A stretch of DNA of 64,000 bases from Macrostomum lignano. Lineage: Eukaryota. Numbering within the stretch: the first letter of the stretch is position 1; each line of letters opens with the position of its first letter. The position numbers were made by a program, and so were the translations under genes. Below are positions 51,936 through 64,000 of this stretch, piece after piece. The notes under the pieces are model-generated. The model did no database searches, had not been told where the DNA came from, and saw only the letters and a list, made by a program, of their open reading frames with translations. The stretch covers positions 42,144-106,143 of the forward strand of contig NIVC01003293.1 of the NCBI GenBank assembly GCA_002269645.1, written 5' to 3'.

Positions 51936-52756
51936 ATATCTAATTAGACCTTAGCCAATTGACTGATTCCCTAAAATTTGCAGACTGAACTTTAGGGGCC
52001 TAAAATATGGAAATATGAGATTCTGGCATTATACTGAAACCCATGTACAGCTTAATTACTGTTACATATTAACAGATGATTACTGCACGCTTACATAGTT
52101 AAATAGCAAAACAAAGTAAATATAAAAATATAAATACATCGAAAGAAACGACATATAACACTTAACAATACAAGGTCGGTGACGTAAGTACTCATTAATT
52201 AAGTGAGATGGCGTCAACTATGTTATAAAAATGAAGCCAATAGTTAGTTATATGCAAAATTACACTAGCATATGACACGGACAAAATGAAGAACTTATAA
52301 TACAGTGCGGTGAAAGCGATGCGAGGTACCTAAAGTACATTGCAGCTAACCATTTTTTTCGCCGTGTTCGATAAAATCGATAAAAATCGATAAAATATAA
52401 AATTAAATTTTCCATGACGGTAGGAGCTCAGTGCAAGATTAGCGCAAATTTAATTAAAGTACATTATAAGATCCAACTAATTATCACAAGACCATATTTA
52501 TATAGAAGGATAAAATTATGAACTAAAAATATTTTTTTTGTTAACAAAACAAAAATACAAGAGCAAACTGTTAAATATTACGGAACCAAGAAAGCAAATT
52601 TTGGGCAGTGGATTTCAAAGGTACACAACGCACTTTCTTGCTATCGAATATACAAGGAATGATGTGCTTCCTCAGCGACTTATACTTAATTGCACTTTTT
52701 GACACTAAATTAGACTTTTAGAGATAATCAAGCGGTATGCTCTGGTCCTGCACGCT

Positions 52757-54000
52757 AAACAGAGCAGATTTTACCATAGACATAACCAATCCTGCACGCT
52801 ACACATAGAGGAGATTTTGCCACAGACATAACCAATCCTTCACGCTAAACAGAACAGATTTTACCATAGACATAACCAATCCTGCACGCTACACATAGAG
52901 GAGATTTTGCCACAGACATAACCAATCCTTCACGCTAAACAGAGCAGATTTTACCACAGACATAACCAATCCTTCACGCTAAACAGAGCAGATTTTACCA
53001 TAGACATAACCAATCCTTCACGCTAAACAGAGCAGATTTTACCACAGACATAACCAATCCTTCACGCTAAACAGAACAGATTTTACCATAGACATAACCA
53101 ATCCTGCACGCTACACATAGAGGAGATTTTGCCACAGACATAACCAATCCTTCACGCTAAACAGAACAGATTTTACCATAGACATAACCAATCCTGCACG
53201 CTACACATAGAGGAGATTTTGCCACAGACATAACCAATCCTTCACGCTAAACAGAGCAGATTTTACCACAGACATAACCAATCCTTCACGCTAAACAGAA
53301 CAGATTTTACCACAGACATAACCAATCCTTCACGCTAAACAGAGCAGATTTTACCATAGACATAACCAATCCTGCACGCTAAACAGAGCAGATTTTACCA
53401 CAGACATAACCAATCCTTCACGCTAAACAGAGCAGATTTTACCACAGACATAACCAATCCTTCACGCTAAACAGAGCAGATTTTACCACAGACATAACCA
53501 ATCCTTCACGCTAAACAGAGCAGATTTTACCATAGACATAACCAATCCTGCACGCTACACATAGAGGAGATTTTGCCACAGACATAACCAATCCTTCACG
53601 CTAAACAGAGCAGATTTTACCATAGACATAACCAATCCTGCACGCTACACATAGAGGAGATTTTGCCACAGACATAACCAATCCTTCACGCTAAACAGAG
53701 CAGATTTTACCATAGACATAACCAATCCTGCACGCTACACATAGAGGAGATTTTGCCACAGACATAACCAATCCTGCACGCTAAACAGAGCAGATTTTAC
53801 CATAGACATAACCAATCCTGCACGCTAAATAGAGCAGATTTTACCATAGACATAACCAATCCTGCACGCTAAACAGAGCAGATTTTACCATAGACATAAC
53901 CAATCCTGCACGCTACACATAGAGCAGATTTTACCACAGACATAACCAATCCTGCACGCTACACATAGAGGAGATTTTACCATAGACATAACCAACCCTG
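52757..54000. repeat. 44/46-bp two-variant minisatellite (...GACATAACCAATCCT(G/T)CACGCTA...)
   Basis: Periods 44 and 46 interspersed; begins ~115 bp downstream of the RasGAP stop. Confidence 0.95.
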
Positions 54001-54115
54001 CACACAAACACATAAGCTCCCGACTTCATATAGAGCCTTCATTCTGATTGCCTAAAGCCTAATTTAGTAAACCATTAAAAGTCAATATCAATATCTACAA
54101 TAAATCTGCAATACA

Positions 54116-57100
54116 TCAAACCGGTCTACTAACAGCTCCGCTAGCCTTAGCTTCATTCTCCAACAGCCGCAGGCGTTCCATAATCTCAGCCAACTGTTTG
54201 CTGTTCTCCAACTCTCGGCGCTGGCGTTCCTTGGCGCCGCGTCGGAATTCGTCCATCAGCTGGAGTTTCTCGCGCTCGTTGGAGCGCAGACGAGCTTCCG
54301 TGGCTTCCAGCTGACGACGGGTCTCGTTCAATTCGCGTTGAAGGTCAAGCAGTTCAGAGTTGGCCAATTGCTGCTGCTGCTGCTGCTGGGGTTGATGATG
54401 CGGATGCTGTACAGATCGGAGACCCATTCGAACTTTATGTGGCGGCAGTGGAGGCGGTTGCTGTTGTTCCTGTTGCAATTTCTGATTTCTGCTTTCGCTG
54501 CTGCTTTTAGTACTGCTAGTGCCGGTTCCGACGCTACTAGAAGCAACCAGTTCGCTGCTGCTGGCGTCGCTATCGCTGCTTTCTTCATCCTCGTCGTTGT
54601 TGGCGTCTCTTCTAAAAGCAGCAGAATCGACGGACGCTTGTTGTTGTTGCTGCTGAGCTGGGGCTGGCAATACCAAAGCGCTGGCCGGCTTCTGATAAGA
54701 CGGATTGTGAAATTGCAGCGGAGAATTTCGAGAATCATTTGACCAGTTCAATGGGTCTGGCTGTGTCTGCTTCTGTTGTTGCTTCTGTTGCTGTTGCTGG
54801 GGCTTTCTCAGTCTGCCGCTCTGATAACCACTGCTGCTTCCGGCGCTGCTGCTGACCCCGGAGACGGCGGCAACAGCGGCCGATGCGCTGGCAACCGTGG
54901 CGGCGGCCGAAGCGGCGGCTTCGTCAAGCACCCGCCGCCAATCCTCTTGGATCTGGCTGTGGCCGACGACGGCTGAAGCGCCAGACAGTGGCCGAGAATC
55001 TCGGCCAGTAGAGGCGGCGGTTTCCTAAATAATGAAAATAGAAACCGGAATTGATTTCTGCTGGTAGAGTCCTCGCTTAGTGAGAAGAATAAATAGAAAG
55101 CTTATATCAACATTTGAATATGATTGCAATTTCTAACAACTTCAACGCGTTTCGCACGCCATGGTGCATCGTCAGGATTTTATTAGAACGATTTGAGAAA
55201 TTGAGATTGAAAGCGATTGATTAAATTTTGGTTTTTGCAACGTACACAGGTAAGGAGGGTAAGATTGAAAACAATTGATTACAACTTGGCTTTAACAACA
55301 TACATAGGTAGGTACGAGATAAAATTATACGGGTAAACGGAGCGAGTAACTTTAGCTTTCTAAGAATGCCTCGCCATCTAATTAGTACTGCGTATAACAA
55401 TCTGTACAACAATTTAAATAAATTTAAATTGCAGACAGGCACTCATTTTGGCGCCACTGGCAGCCACTCATTTTGGCGCCACAGGCAGCCACTCATTTTG
55501 GCGCCATAGGCAGGCACTCATTTTGGCGCCACTGGCAGCCACTCATTTTGGCGCCACAGGCAGGCACTCATTTTGGCGCCGCAGGCAGGCATTCATTTTG
55601 GCGCCGCAGGCAGGCACTCATTTTGGCGCCACAGGCAGGCACTCATTTTGGCGCCACAGGCAGGCACTCATTTTGGCGCCACAGACAGGCACTCATTTTG
55701 GCGCCCTGAAGCAAAATTATTGATCTCCATAACGGGTCACAAGGTGGGGCGGGCGCCAGCTCGATGGCCCTCTTTTAAATTAGCTTTCAAGTTCGATTCT
55801 GACAGAGCCAAAAACTGCACTGACCTGTCGATCTGCGGCAACCTGCGGCGCCGGGCTCGTGTTCCTCACTGGCCGAGTGTCGCTGTCTGAGTCGCCATTC
55901 GCCGCAGTCGCGGCAGTCAGAGCCAACGATGCCGATCGAGGCTGCAACGGCGGCGGCGATGGCGTCAGAGGCTGCGGGGGAACGTTGAGCTTGAGGCACA
56001 CGGACACGGTGTTCAGATGGTCGGACAGACGGTCCAGACAGCGCTTCTGACCATCGGCGCCAACTTCTCCAGGAGCAGCAGAAGCAGCAGCAGAGAAAGC
56101 CGGATGCCCATTATTGCGCAACAATTGCAGAGCTGAAGTTAGTAGAGTGTGAGCCTGCGCCAATTCAAAACTGGCGTCAACAGAGTCGGCCGAAGCTCCG
56201 CCTGCGGCAGGCTGTCGCTGACGGATTGTTTGCAGGCTGGCAACAAAGTGCGCCATGTTCTGTTGGTGCTGCTCCAAGAATTTGTTCATAAAATTCATAT
56301 AGGCCTCTTTGCCGCCGAACCAGGTGCCTGGAGAGGTCAGTTTGTGTTTTAGCTATTTAGCTTAAGGCTACTTTCGATACATATCGGCTAATTATAATCT
56401 AGAGTTCTGTTTAAAGCTACTTTTGATACATATCGGTAGTACACTAAAGCTACTTACGTAGACAAGATTCTATGGACGCCTTTATGCAAACTAAGCATTC
56501 TAGATCAGTTTAATTATTTGCTGACTGCCTTGAGGGGTGATGCTAGCCTATTCAGCTGCGTACTAACCAAAAAAAGTTTGCTTAACTTAAAAGCGCTGAC
56601 AGTTAAATACGTTAACCCACTTGGCTATTGACTTTCTTTTGAATCAGAATCTAGCTACTATGAGTAGAAAGGCAAGGAAATATTAAAAAAACAGATGTGA
56701 GTGCTCAGGGGCCAGAGAGAAATCCTCAACAAGGAAATTTATGGCAGCAAAGCACGACAATAGACTTACTGTAAGTTGTCTACCAACGATTTCGGTTTAG
56801 TGTTAAGATTTAGTCTAGGGTTAGGGTTTAGGTTTTAGATTAGGCGTTTAGTTAAGGTTTAGAGAGATTAAGAGTTTAGGTTAGGTTTATGGTTTAGTTA
56901 GAGATATTGAGATTAGGTTAAGGATTTATTTTAAGTTTTAGATTAGGTTTTGGGTTTAGTTTAGGGTTTAGATAAAGTTAAGGATTTAGTTTAGGTTTAG
57001 GGTTTAGTTTAGGGTTTAGATTAGGTTCAGGGTTGACTTTAGGTTTTATATTAGGTTTAGGGTTTAGTTTAGGGTTTAGATTAAGTTAAGGATTTAGTTT

Positions 57101-58292
57101 AGGTTTTAGATTAGGTTTAGGGTTTAGTTTAGGGCTTAGATAAGGTTTAGGGTTGAGTTTAGGTTTTAGATTATGTTTAGGGTTGAGTTTAGGTTTTAGA
57201 TTAAGTTTAGGGTTCAGTTTAGGCTTTAGGTTAGATTAGCGTTTAGTTTAGGGTTTAGGGTAGGTTAAGGGTTTAGATTGGGGTTATGTCTTAGGTTAGG
57301 GTCTGCCGTCCACTGTCGTGGGTTCGTAGAATTTCCTTTACAATAATTGACACTCCTGATTTGATTTAAAATTCAAATAAAAAACGCAAGCCCCTCGCTT
57401 ACCATTGGCAAGATTCTGTACAGTTTTAGCAATCAACGTCAAGGACCTCGCCGTCCTCGGTCCGGGCAGCTCCTGGCACAGGCCGAACAGAGACGGGCCG
57501 AGTATAGCCGGACAGATGAAGCGCAGGAAGATGCTGGCCCCAACCAGCTGGTCGCACAGCTGCTGATCGCTGCGCTGACGGATGCCAGCGAACAGGCGTC
57601 CGAACTCGACAGGCAGTCGATCAACCGAGGTGAACACTCGAGTCCAGAATAGCTCGGCGAATAATCTCAACGATTGCTGATTGGACTCGAGCTCGGCCTC
57701 GCCAGAGACTCTCATCGGATCTACTTCGCAGCACTCGTCGCTACGCAACAGAATCGTGACAGGCTCGGCCAGCACCGAACGCAGATAATCCGAGCCAACT
57801 AATCTTAGATAATATTCTACACTTTTAGTTGCTATGGAATTGCCGCGGAATGCTACAACAGCGGCCGCTTCGCTAGCGCCGCAGTGTTCTAATTCTTGCA
57901 ATAGCAAATCCGCTACCAGGGACTCAGATTTGCCGCTAGAATGAGCCAGGGCTACTAGTTTGCAGGCCAGATCCTCTTTCAGCCTGACAGGCAAGCTGGG
58001 CTCCAATACTCTCACTAGCTGGCAATAATCTGCCAGTAGAAAGTCGCGGAGGCCGTCATACCAAGATACTGGCAAGACGTCAACGCTTAAATAGCGAGAT
58101 TTGATTCGCAATGAAGGCGATGCGTTGGCAGCAGTCTTGCCAGCCTGAAGGCTGTACCATTGTTCAGTCTGGCTGAGAATCTCGTGCACCGGCAGGTGAA
58201 CTTCGCCAATTAATTGATTTTGATCTTTCTTCTTCTTGCGATTGGCTTCGCGAAACAGTTTCACTGTTACTAAGCTGATCTCTTGTAGATTG
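54116..58292 (-). CDS. RasGAP of the SynGAP/DAB2IP/RASAL2 family, 3' part; exons 57403-58292, 55825-56327, 54116-55024
   Basis: C2 domain end (VKLFREANRKKKKDQ), Arg finger FRGNSIATK, FLRFICPAILGPSLF, LTLIAKTVQNLAN, FGGKEAYMNFMNKFL, and C-terminal coiled coil QLAEIMERLRLLENE. Junction phases are consistent. Upstream PH/C2 exons were not found in the window. Confidence 0.9.
55440..55707. repeat. 25-bp minisatellite (ACTCATTTTGGCGCCACAGGCAGGC) in a RasGAP intron
   Basis: Direct reading. Confidence 0.93.
56810..57300. repeat. Degenerate TTAGGG/TTTAGG/TTAGGT telomere-like array in a RasGAP intron
   Basis: Direct reading. Confidence 0.85.
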
Positions 58293-58394
58293 CTGCAGGG
58301 GTGTTGGGAGGGGAGATTAAGCATTTGTAGGGCTCAGATTTGAATAGGGATTATCATATCATATCATATCATCTAAAGAGAGCGCTTCTCTTAA

Positions 58395-58650
58395 GGATTA
58401 GGGGCGACTCTCAAGGGGATAAAGGGGCGATTCTCCCGGGATTAAGCGGCGATTCTCCGGGGATTGAGGGGCGAGTCCCTAGGGAATTAAGGGGCGATTC
58501 TTAAAGGGATTAAACATCGATTCTCCAGGGGATTAAGGGGCGAGTCTCAAGGGGATTAAGGGGCGATTCTTCAAGGGATTAAGGGACGATTCTCAAGGGG
58601 ATAAGGGACGATTTTTAAGGGATTAAGAGGCGAGTCTCAAGGGGATTAAG
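58395..58650. repeat. ~21-bp degenerate minisatellite (GGGATTAAGGGGCGATTCTCA)
   Basis: Direct reading. Confidence 0.85.
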
Positions 58651-59167
58651 GAAAGTCTTCGCATTCGGTTTAAAAAAATAAATCAAATCGGCCTTCTAAA
58701 TAAATATTGAACAGTTCAAGTGCACTAAGTGTAAACGCATTAATACTATAATAAATTTAGTATTCCCGATGAAGGTGAACAGCATCCTCCAGTTTGTATG
58801 CAGATGCAGATTTAGGCTTAACACCTAGAAGCGGGACAAACAGACAGGCGGGCAGACAGTTTTGAGATGCACAAGCAACTGCTGTCGCCAAAAAAGAAGA
58901 AGTACAACACGTGATATGGGATAGGATTATGCGCGAATCCCAGCTTAAAAAAATCCTGTCGCTAGGAAAGCTCGCATCCCTAGACTTACTAGGCGATGGG
59001 AAAAAAATCCCACCCCTTACCATAAGCTAGCTTGGCTGTCTGTCCGGCTGTCTGGCCAAATATGTGGCATTTTCAACGACTGATCCGGAGAGCGGGACGA
59101 AAAAGAGGAAGGCAAAAATGGCGCTTAAGTCCCAGTGCCGCTGCTACAAGCATTGCTCTTAATATTT

Positions 59168-61467
59168 ATCTTATACTAAAGTTGGTGTGATGTTTGTCTG
59201 TATGTCAGTTGCATATCTATATATACTAAAGTTGACGCGTTGTTTGTCTGTCTGTCTGTCATTTCGACAACTCCTCCTTGAATAGTGCCAACTCAGCGTT
59301 GAAACTTATATGGGAAGATTGGAAATTATCCGAGGTCGGCTATAGGCTATTTTAATTCTGAAATTTTAATTTCTAAGATCCTCAAAAAAGCAGAAAACGG
59401 CGGTCTTGACCTTTGATAATCTTAATTGTCCCCTCTTTCTGCTTGGAGCTGAAAATCTGCATGAATTTTAAGTGATTGCGCCATAAAATTTTGCTAACTT
59501 GGCAGTGTTTTTTCTCTCCAGTGGGGGATAGGAGCGTTCTCAGTGGCGGCGTGTGTACACTTGGACCCTAGCTAACTGGCGGACAGTGAAATTCAATGCA
59601 TCAATTTGCGAGCCTCTCTAGCAGGCAGTGAACGTACACTCGATATTTCAATGCTTTAAATCAGAAAGTTTCAAATGCTAACTGTTGCTCGATTTTTGAA
59701 CTTTGAGAGGAGAGACTTATATTGCTGGAAAGATCTTGCAACGCTGAGTTCAGGGATATAAGTTGTTTGCTTTAACTGTAAAAATTAAAAGCACAGCATT
59801 CAAAAAACGATTTTATTACTTTTACTTTTAACTTGCTGCAAAGATTGTACTTATTTTTGCGATAGGTCAGAGATAAATTTGGGGGGTTCAATTGCTAATT
59901 GCCACTGCGTAGTGGAAGGCGGTCGGGCGCTGTGTATTGGAGGGTTGATTTAGATTGCGCAATGTTTTTCTTAACTTTAACTGAGACTGATACTGACTGA
60001 CTGTGAAATCGGTTGCGCCATCAATTTGTTTTATTATCTGTGCCTTTCAATAGGCTGCCCTGTGTAATAGCCAGCCTGTGTAATGAATGAATAAATTTGC
60101 GAGCCTCTTTGGAAGGCAGTGAACGTACACGCGATATTTCAATGCCTTAAAACGGGAACTTTCAAACGCTAACTGCTCTTCGAGTTCTAAACTTTAAGAG
60201 AAGATACTTATACTGCTGAAAAGATCTTGCAACGCTGAGTTCGAGGATATAAATTGTTTGCTATAAATGTAAAGACTAAAAGAGCAGCATCAAAAAAACT
60301 ATTTCCATACTTTTAGCTTTCTGCAAAGATTGTACTCATTTTAGGATTTCAATGGCGTTCGACCGACCCCCCAACAGTTAGGAGGTCGGTCGGTGTGTAT
60401 TTGAGGGTTGATTTAGATTGCGCAATCTGTTTGTTAACTTTAACTGAGACTGATACTGACTAACACAGAAATATATTGCACAATCAATTGATTCAATTGG
60501 TTCATTTTTTATTATCGGCCCTGTGTATTAGTTTGGCAGTGAAATTCAATGAATAAACTTGCGAGCTTCTCTAGCAAGTAGTCGGGAAATTGGTAAATTC
60601 AAACGCTAACTGTTCCTCGAGTTTTAAACTTTCAGAGGAGAAACTTATATTGCTGGAAAGATCTTGCAACGCTGAGTTCGGGGATATAAGTTGTTTGCTT
60701 TAAATATAAAAAGAAAAAGCACAGCATTGAAAAAACTATTTCGATGCTTTTAACTTTCTGCAAAAATTGTGCTCAGTTTTGCGAGACGTAATAGATAAAG
60801 TTGGGGGAGGGTTCAACTTCTCACTGCTGCTGTGTATTGGAGGGTTGATTTAGATTGCGCAATGTTTTTGTTAACTTTAACTGAGACTGATACTGACTGA
60901 CTGTGAAATCGGTTGCACCATCAATTTGTTTTATTATCTGTGCCTTTCAATACGCTGCCCTGTGTAATAGCCGGCCTGTGTAGTGAATGAATCAACTTGC
61001 GAGCCTCTTTGGCAGGCAGTGAACGTACACTCGATATTTTAATGCTTTAAAACGGAAACTTTCAAACGCTAACTGCTCTTCGAGTTCTAAACTTTAAGAG
61101 AAGAGACTTATACTGCTGAAAAGATCTTGCAACGCTGAGTTCGAGGATATAAATTGTTAGCTTTCAATATAAAGACTAAAAGAGCAGCATCAAAAAAACT
61201 ATTTCCATACTTTTAGCTTTCTGCAAAGATTGTACTCATTTTTTGGTTCAATGCCCCCAACAGATGGGGGTTCAATTTCTAACTGCCACAGCGTATTGAA
61301 AAGGAGTCGGTCTCTGTGTACTGGAGGGTTGATTTAAATTGCGCAATCTTTTGGTTAAATTTAACTGAGACTGATACTGACTGTGAAATCGGTTGCGCAA
61401 TGAATTGATTCAATTAGTTCAATATTTTTATCTGTGCCTTTTAACACGAAGCTGTGCGTAGTTCTAA
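59168..61467 (+). mobile_element. Non-autonomous Helitron-like element with four internal ~450-500 bp tandem units
   Basis: 5' A|TCTTATACTAAAGTT, a second start A|TCTATATATACTAAAGTT at 59217, (GTCT)n, and an ATAGGCTATTTTT block. Units start near 59585, 60085, 60540, 60985. Candidate 3' hairpin CACGAAGCTGTG then CTAA. Confidence 0.55.
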
Positions 61468-61497
61468 CCCTAACCCTAACCCTAACCCTAACCCTAA
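61464..61497. repeat. Interstitial telomeric repeat (CTAACC)5-CTAA
   Basis: Perfect TTAGGG complement. Confidence 0.9.
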
Positions 61498-61544
61498 TGA
61501 ATCTGGCGAGTTAAGTTGTTTGACGGAAAAAATTCGATTAAGTC

Positions 61545-62595
61545 AAGTTTAACGGAGACGATTTCAATGTTTAAATTCTGACGGAGAAGATTTCTGTTTC
61601 GTGGAGAGGATTTCGATGATGTTCAGTTTCACGAAAGGATTTCCATGGTGTTCAGTTTCACGGAGAGGATTTCGATCATGTTCAGCTTCACGGAGAGGCT
61701 TTCTGTTTCGCGGAGATAATTTATGATTGATTTCTGTTTTATGGAAACAATTTTGATGGATTTAAGTTTCAAGGAGAGGATTTCGAAGGAGTCCAGTTTC
61801 ACTGAGAGGATTTCGATGGTTTTTAGTTGCACAGACAGGATTTTTGCTTCGCGGAGAGGATCTTGATGGATTTGGCATCTTCAATCAGTCAGAGAAGAGA
61901 GTAAAGAGAAGACTGAAAAGAGAAGAGAGAAGAGATGATAGAAAACAGAGTATAATTGAGTGGAGAGATTAGACATGACAGATTGGAGATGATAGGAGAG
62001 AGAATAGATGAGGGATAAGAGCGTACAGAGGCAATAGAAGAGAGGGGAGAGTAGAGGAGAAAGAAAGAGTGAGATGAGGAGATGAGGGATGAGAGAGCAG
62101 GGGAGAGAGGAGACAGGAGAGAGTACAGACGAAAGACTAGGGAGAAGATATAAATAAGGTAGTAAAGATGAGAGGAGAGAGAGGAGAGAGAAGCGAAAGG
62201 AGAAGAGAGTGAGGAGAGAGGAGAGAGATGAAAGGAGCAAGGAAAGGAGAAAAGAGAGAATGGAGAGAATAGAAAAGAGAGAAGAGAAGAGACAGGGGAT
62301 AGTGAAAAGGAGGAAGAAAGATGGGAGACAAGAAAGTAGTGTCAGAGCGTATATGAAATATGAGAAATGAGAGCAGAGAGAAGAGAAAAGAGAAGAGGAG
62401 AGAGGGTTAAGAGAGACGATAGATAAGTGAGTAGAGATGACATATGAGAGAGGAGAGAAGAGGGAGAGATAAGAGTGAAGAGAGGAGACAGAAGACAGGA
62501 GAAGGTACAGACGAAAGACGAGGGAGAAGAGATAAATAAGGGAGCAGGGGTAGAGATGAGATGAGAGAGAGGAGAGAGGAGATATGAGAGACTTG
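61545..62595. repeat. Degenerate ~30-bp GGAGAGGATTTCGATG repeat (61545-61860) followed by purine-rich (GA) low-complexity tract with a duplicated block (62122 / 62505)
   Basis: Direct reading. Confidence 0.7.
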
Positions 62596-62759
62596 AGAGT
62601 CTTTGAGCTATGGTCTTTGAAAGATTTTGTAAAGAATTTGGAGACGATTTGGAAGATAGGGTTAAAGACATGGAATTTCAGTTGATGGATATTTCAGGGA
62701 ATAGAATTCCGGTGATGGGAGTTCTTCCCCTTTCTCCTCCGAAGGAGGAGTTCCACTCG

Positions 62760-64000
62760 TCTTATACTAAAGTTGGTGTGATGTTTGTCTGTATGTCAGT
62801 TGCATAACTCCTCCTAGAATACTTGCAACTCAGAGTTGAAACTCATATGGGAAAACTGCAAATTTTCCGGGTCAGGCTATAGGCTATTTTAATCTTTCAT
62901 TTTTACATTTTAAGATCCCTAAAAAAGCAGAAATAATAGAACAATAGGGGAATATGCCCATCTTGCGTAATTTGCAATGATTGCGCCACAACAGCTGGCC
63001 TATCTGTGTAGTGTATTCTTTCAGCTGAAGGGGGTGTAACCGGGCCGGTTGACATCAATTTTTAGCGATTGCGCCAAATTTTTTGCATTGAGCACTGGGG
63101 CAAATAAAACCCCCGTACGTATTGGGGGTGTTAGGGCTTCAGTAAAATTCAATGAATAAATTTGCGAGCCTCCCTATGTAGCAGGCAGTGAACGTACACT
63201 CAAAAATTCAATGCTTTAAATTAGGAAATTTCAAACGCAAACTGTTCCCCGAGTTTTTAACTTAGAGAGAAGAGACTTATATTGCTGGAAAGATCTTTCA
63301 ATGCTGATTTCAATTATATAAATTGTTTGCATTAAATATGAAAACTAAATGCTCTGCATTGGAAAACTATTTCCATTCTTTTAACTTTCTGCAAAGAGTG
63401 TACTCATTTGGATTGAATGGGGGTTCGACCGACCCCCAACAGTTGGGGGGGGGTGGGTTCAATTTCTAACCGCCACTGCGTATTGCAAGGGGTCAGTCTC
63501 TGAGCATTGGAGGGTGTGATTTAGTTTGCGTAATAATTTTAACCGAGACTGATACTGACTGACGGAGAAATGAATTGCGCCATCAATTTGTTTTATTATT
63601 TGTGCAGCAGGCAGTAGTGAACGTACACGCGATATTTCAATGCTTTAAAACGGGAACTTTCAAACGCTAACTGCTCTTCGAGTTCTAAACTTTAAGAGAA
63701 GAGACTTATACTGCTGAAAAGATCTTGCAACGCTGAGTTCGAGGATATAAATTGTTTTCAAAAAACTATTTCCATACTTTTAGCTTTATGCAAAGATTTT
63801 ACTCATTTTTTTGTTCAATGCCCCCAAAAGTTTGAGGTTCAATTTCTAACTGCCACTGCGTATTGAAAAGGGGTCGGTCTCTGTGTACTGGAGGGTTGAT
63901 TTAGATTGCGCAATTTTTTTGCTAACTTTAACTGAGACTGATACTGACTGACTGTGAAATCGGTTGCGCAATCAATTGATTCAATTGTTCATTTTTTATT
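62760..64000 (+). mobile_element. Second copy of the Helitron-like element, runs off the window
   Basis: Identical 5' 48 bp (TCTTATACTAAAGTTGGTGTGATGTTTGTCTGTATGTCAGTTGCATA); same ATAGGCTATTTT block and internal units near 63140 and 63610. Confidence 0.6.

Overview
Eukaryotic (animal) genomic DNA with GT-AG spliceosomal introns, GC-rich exons with polyQ tracts, and AT-rich spacers crowded with minisatellites. The style suggests a free-living flatworm such as Macrostomum, but that is inference, not a database match. Five protein-coding genes were reconstructed by hand: (1) the 5' part of a beta-spectrin (minus strand, 11 coding exons, 13900->552, continuing off the left edge) with five apparent 1-bp deletions; (2) a complete 4-exon clan-7-like (CYP7/8/39-type) cytochrome P450 (minus, 24169->22327) with a shortened Cys-pocket motif; (3) an intronless neprilysin/M13-like ORF lacking HExxH (plus, 42305-44689); (4) a complete 4-exon CFAP20/BUG22 (plus, 47040-50140); (5) the 3' part of a SynGAP/DAB2IP/RASAL2-family RasGAP (minus, 58292->54116). 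Mobile DNA includes a non-autonomous hAT element with a 5-bp TSD, three copies of a tRNA-headed CORE-like SINE plus one other tRNA-headed element, a foldback-like element, and two Helitron-like elements with internal ~0.5-kb tandem units. About 25 different tandem arrays (4-46 bp units) fill most introns and the intergenic desert. The most intriguing patterns are in these arrays: unrelated arrays share TF-like cores (WWTGGCGC(C); AGGATTGG/CCAATCCT), and one array is built from copies of the splice donor it abuts. Many long ORFs in the supplied track are translation artefacts of the arrays. No prokaryote-type system (CRISPR, operon) is present.
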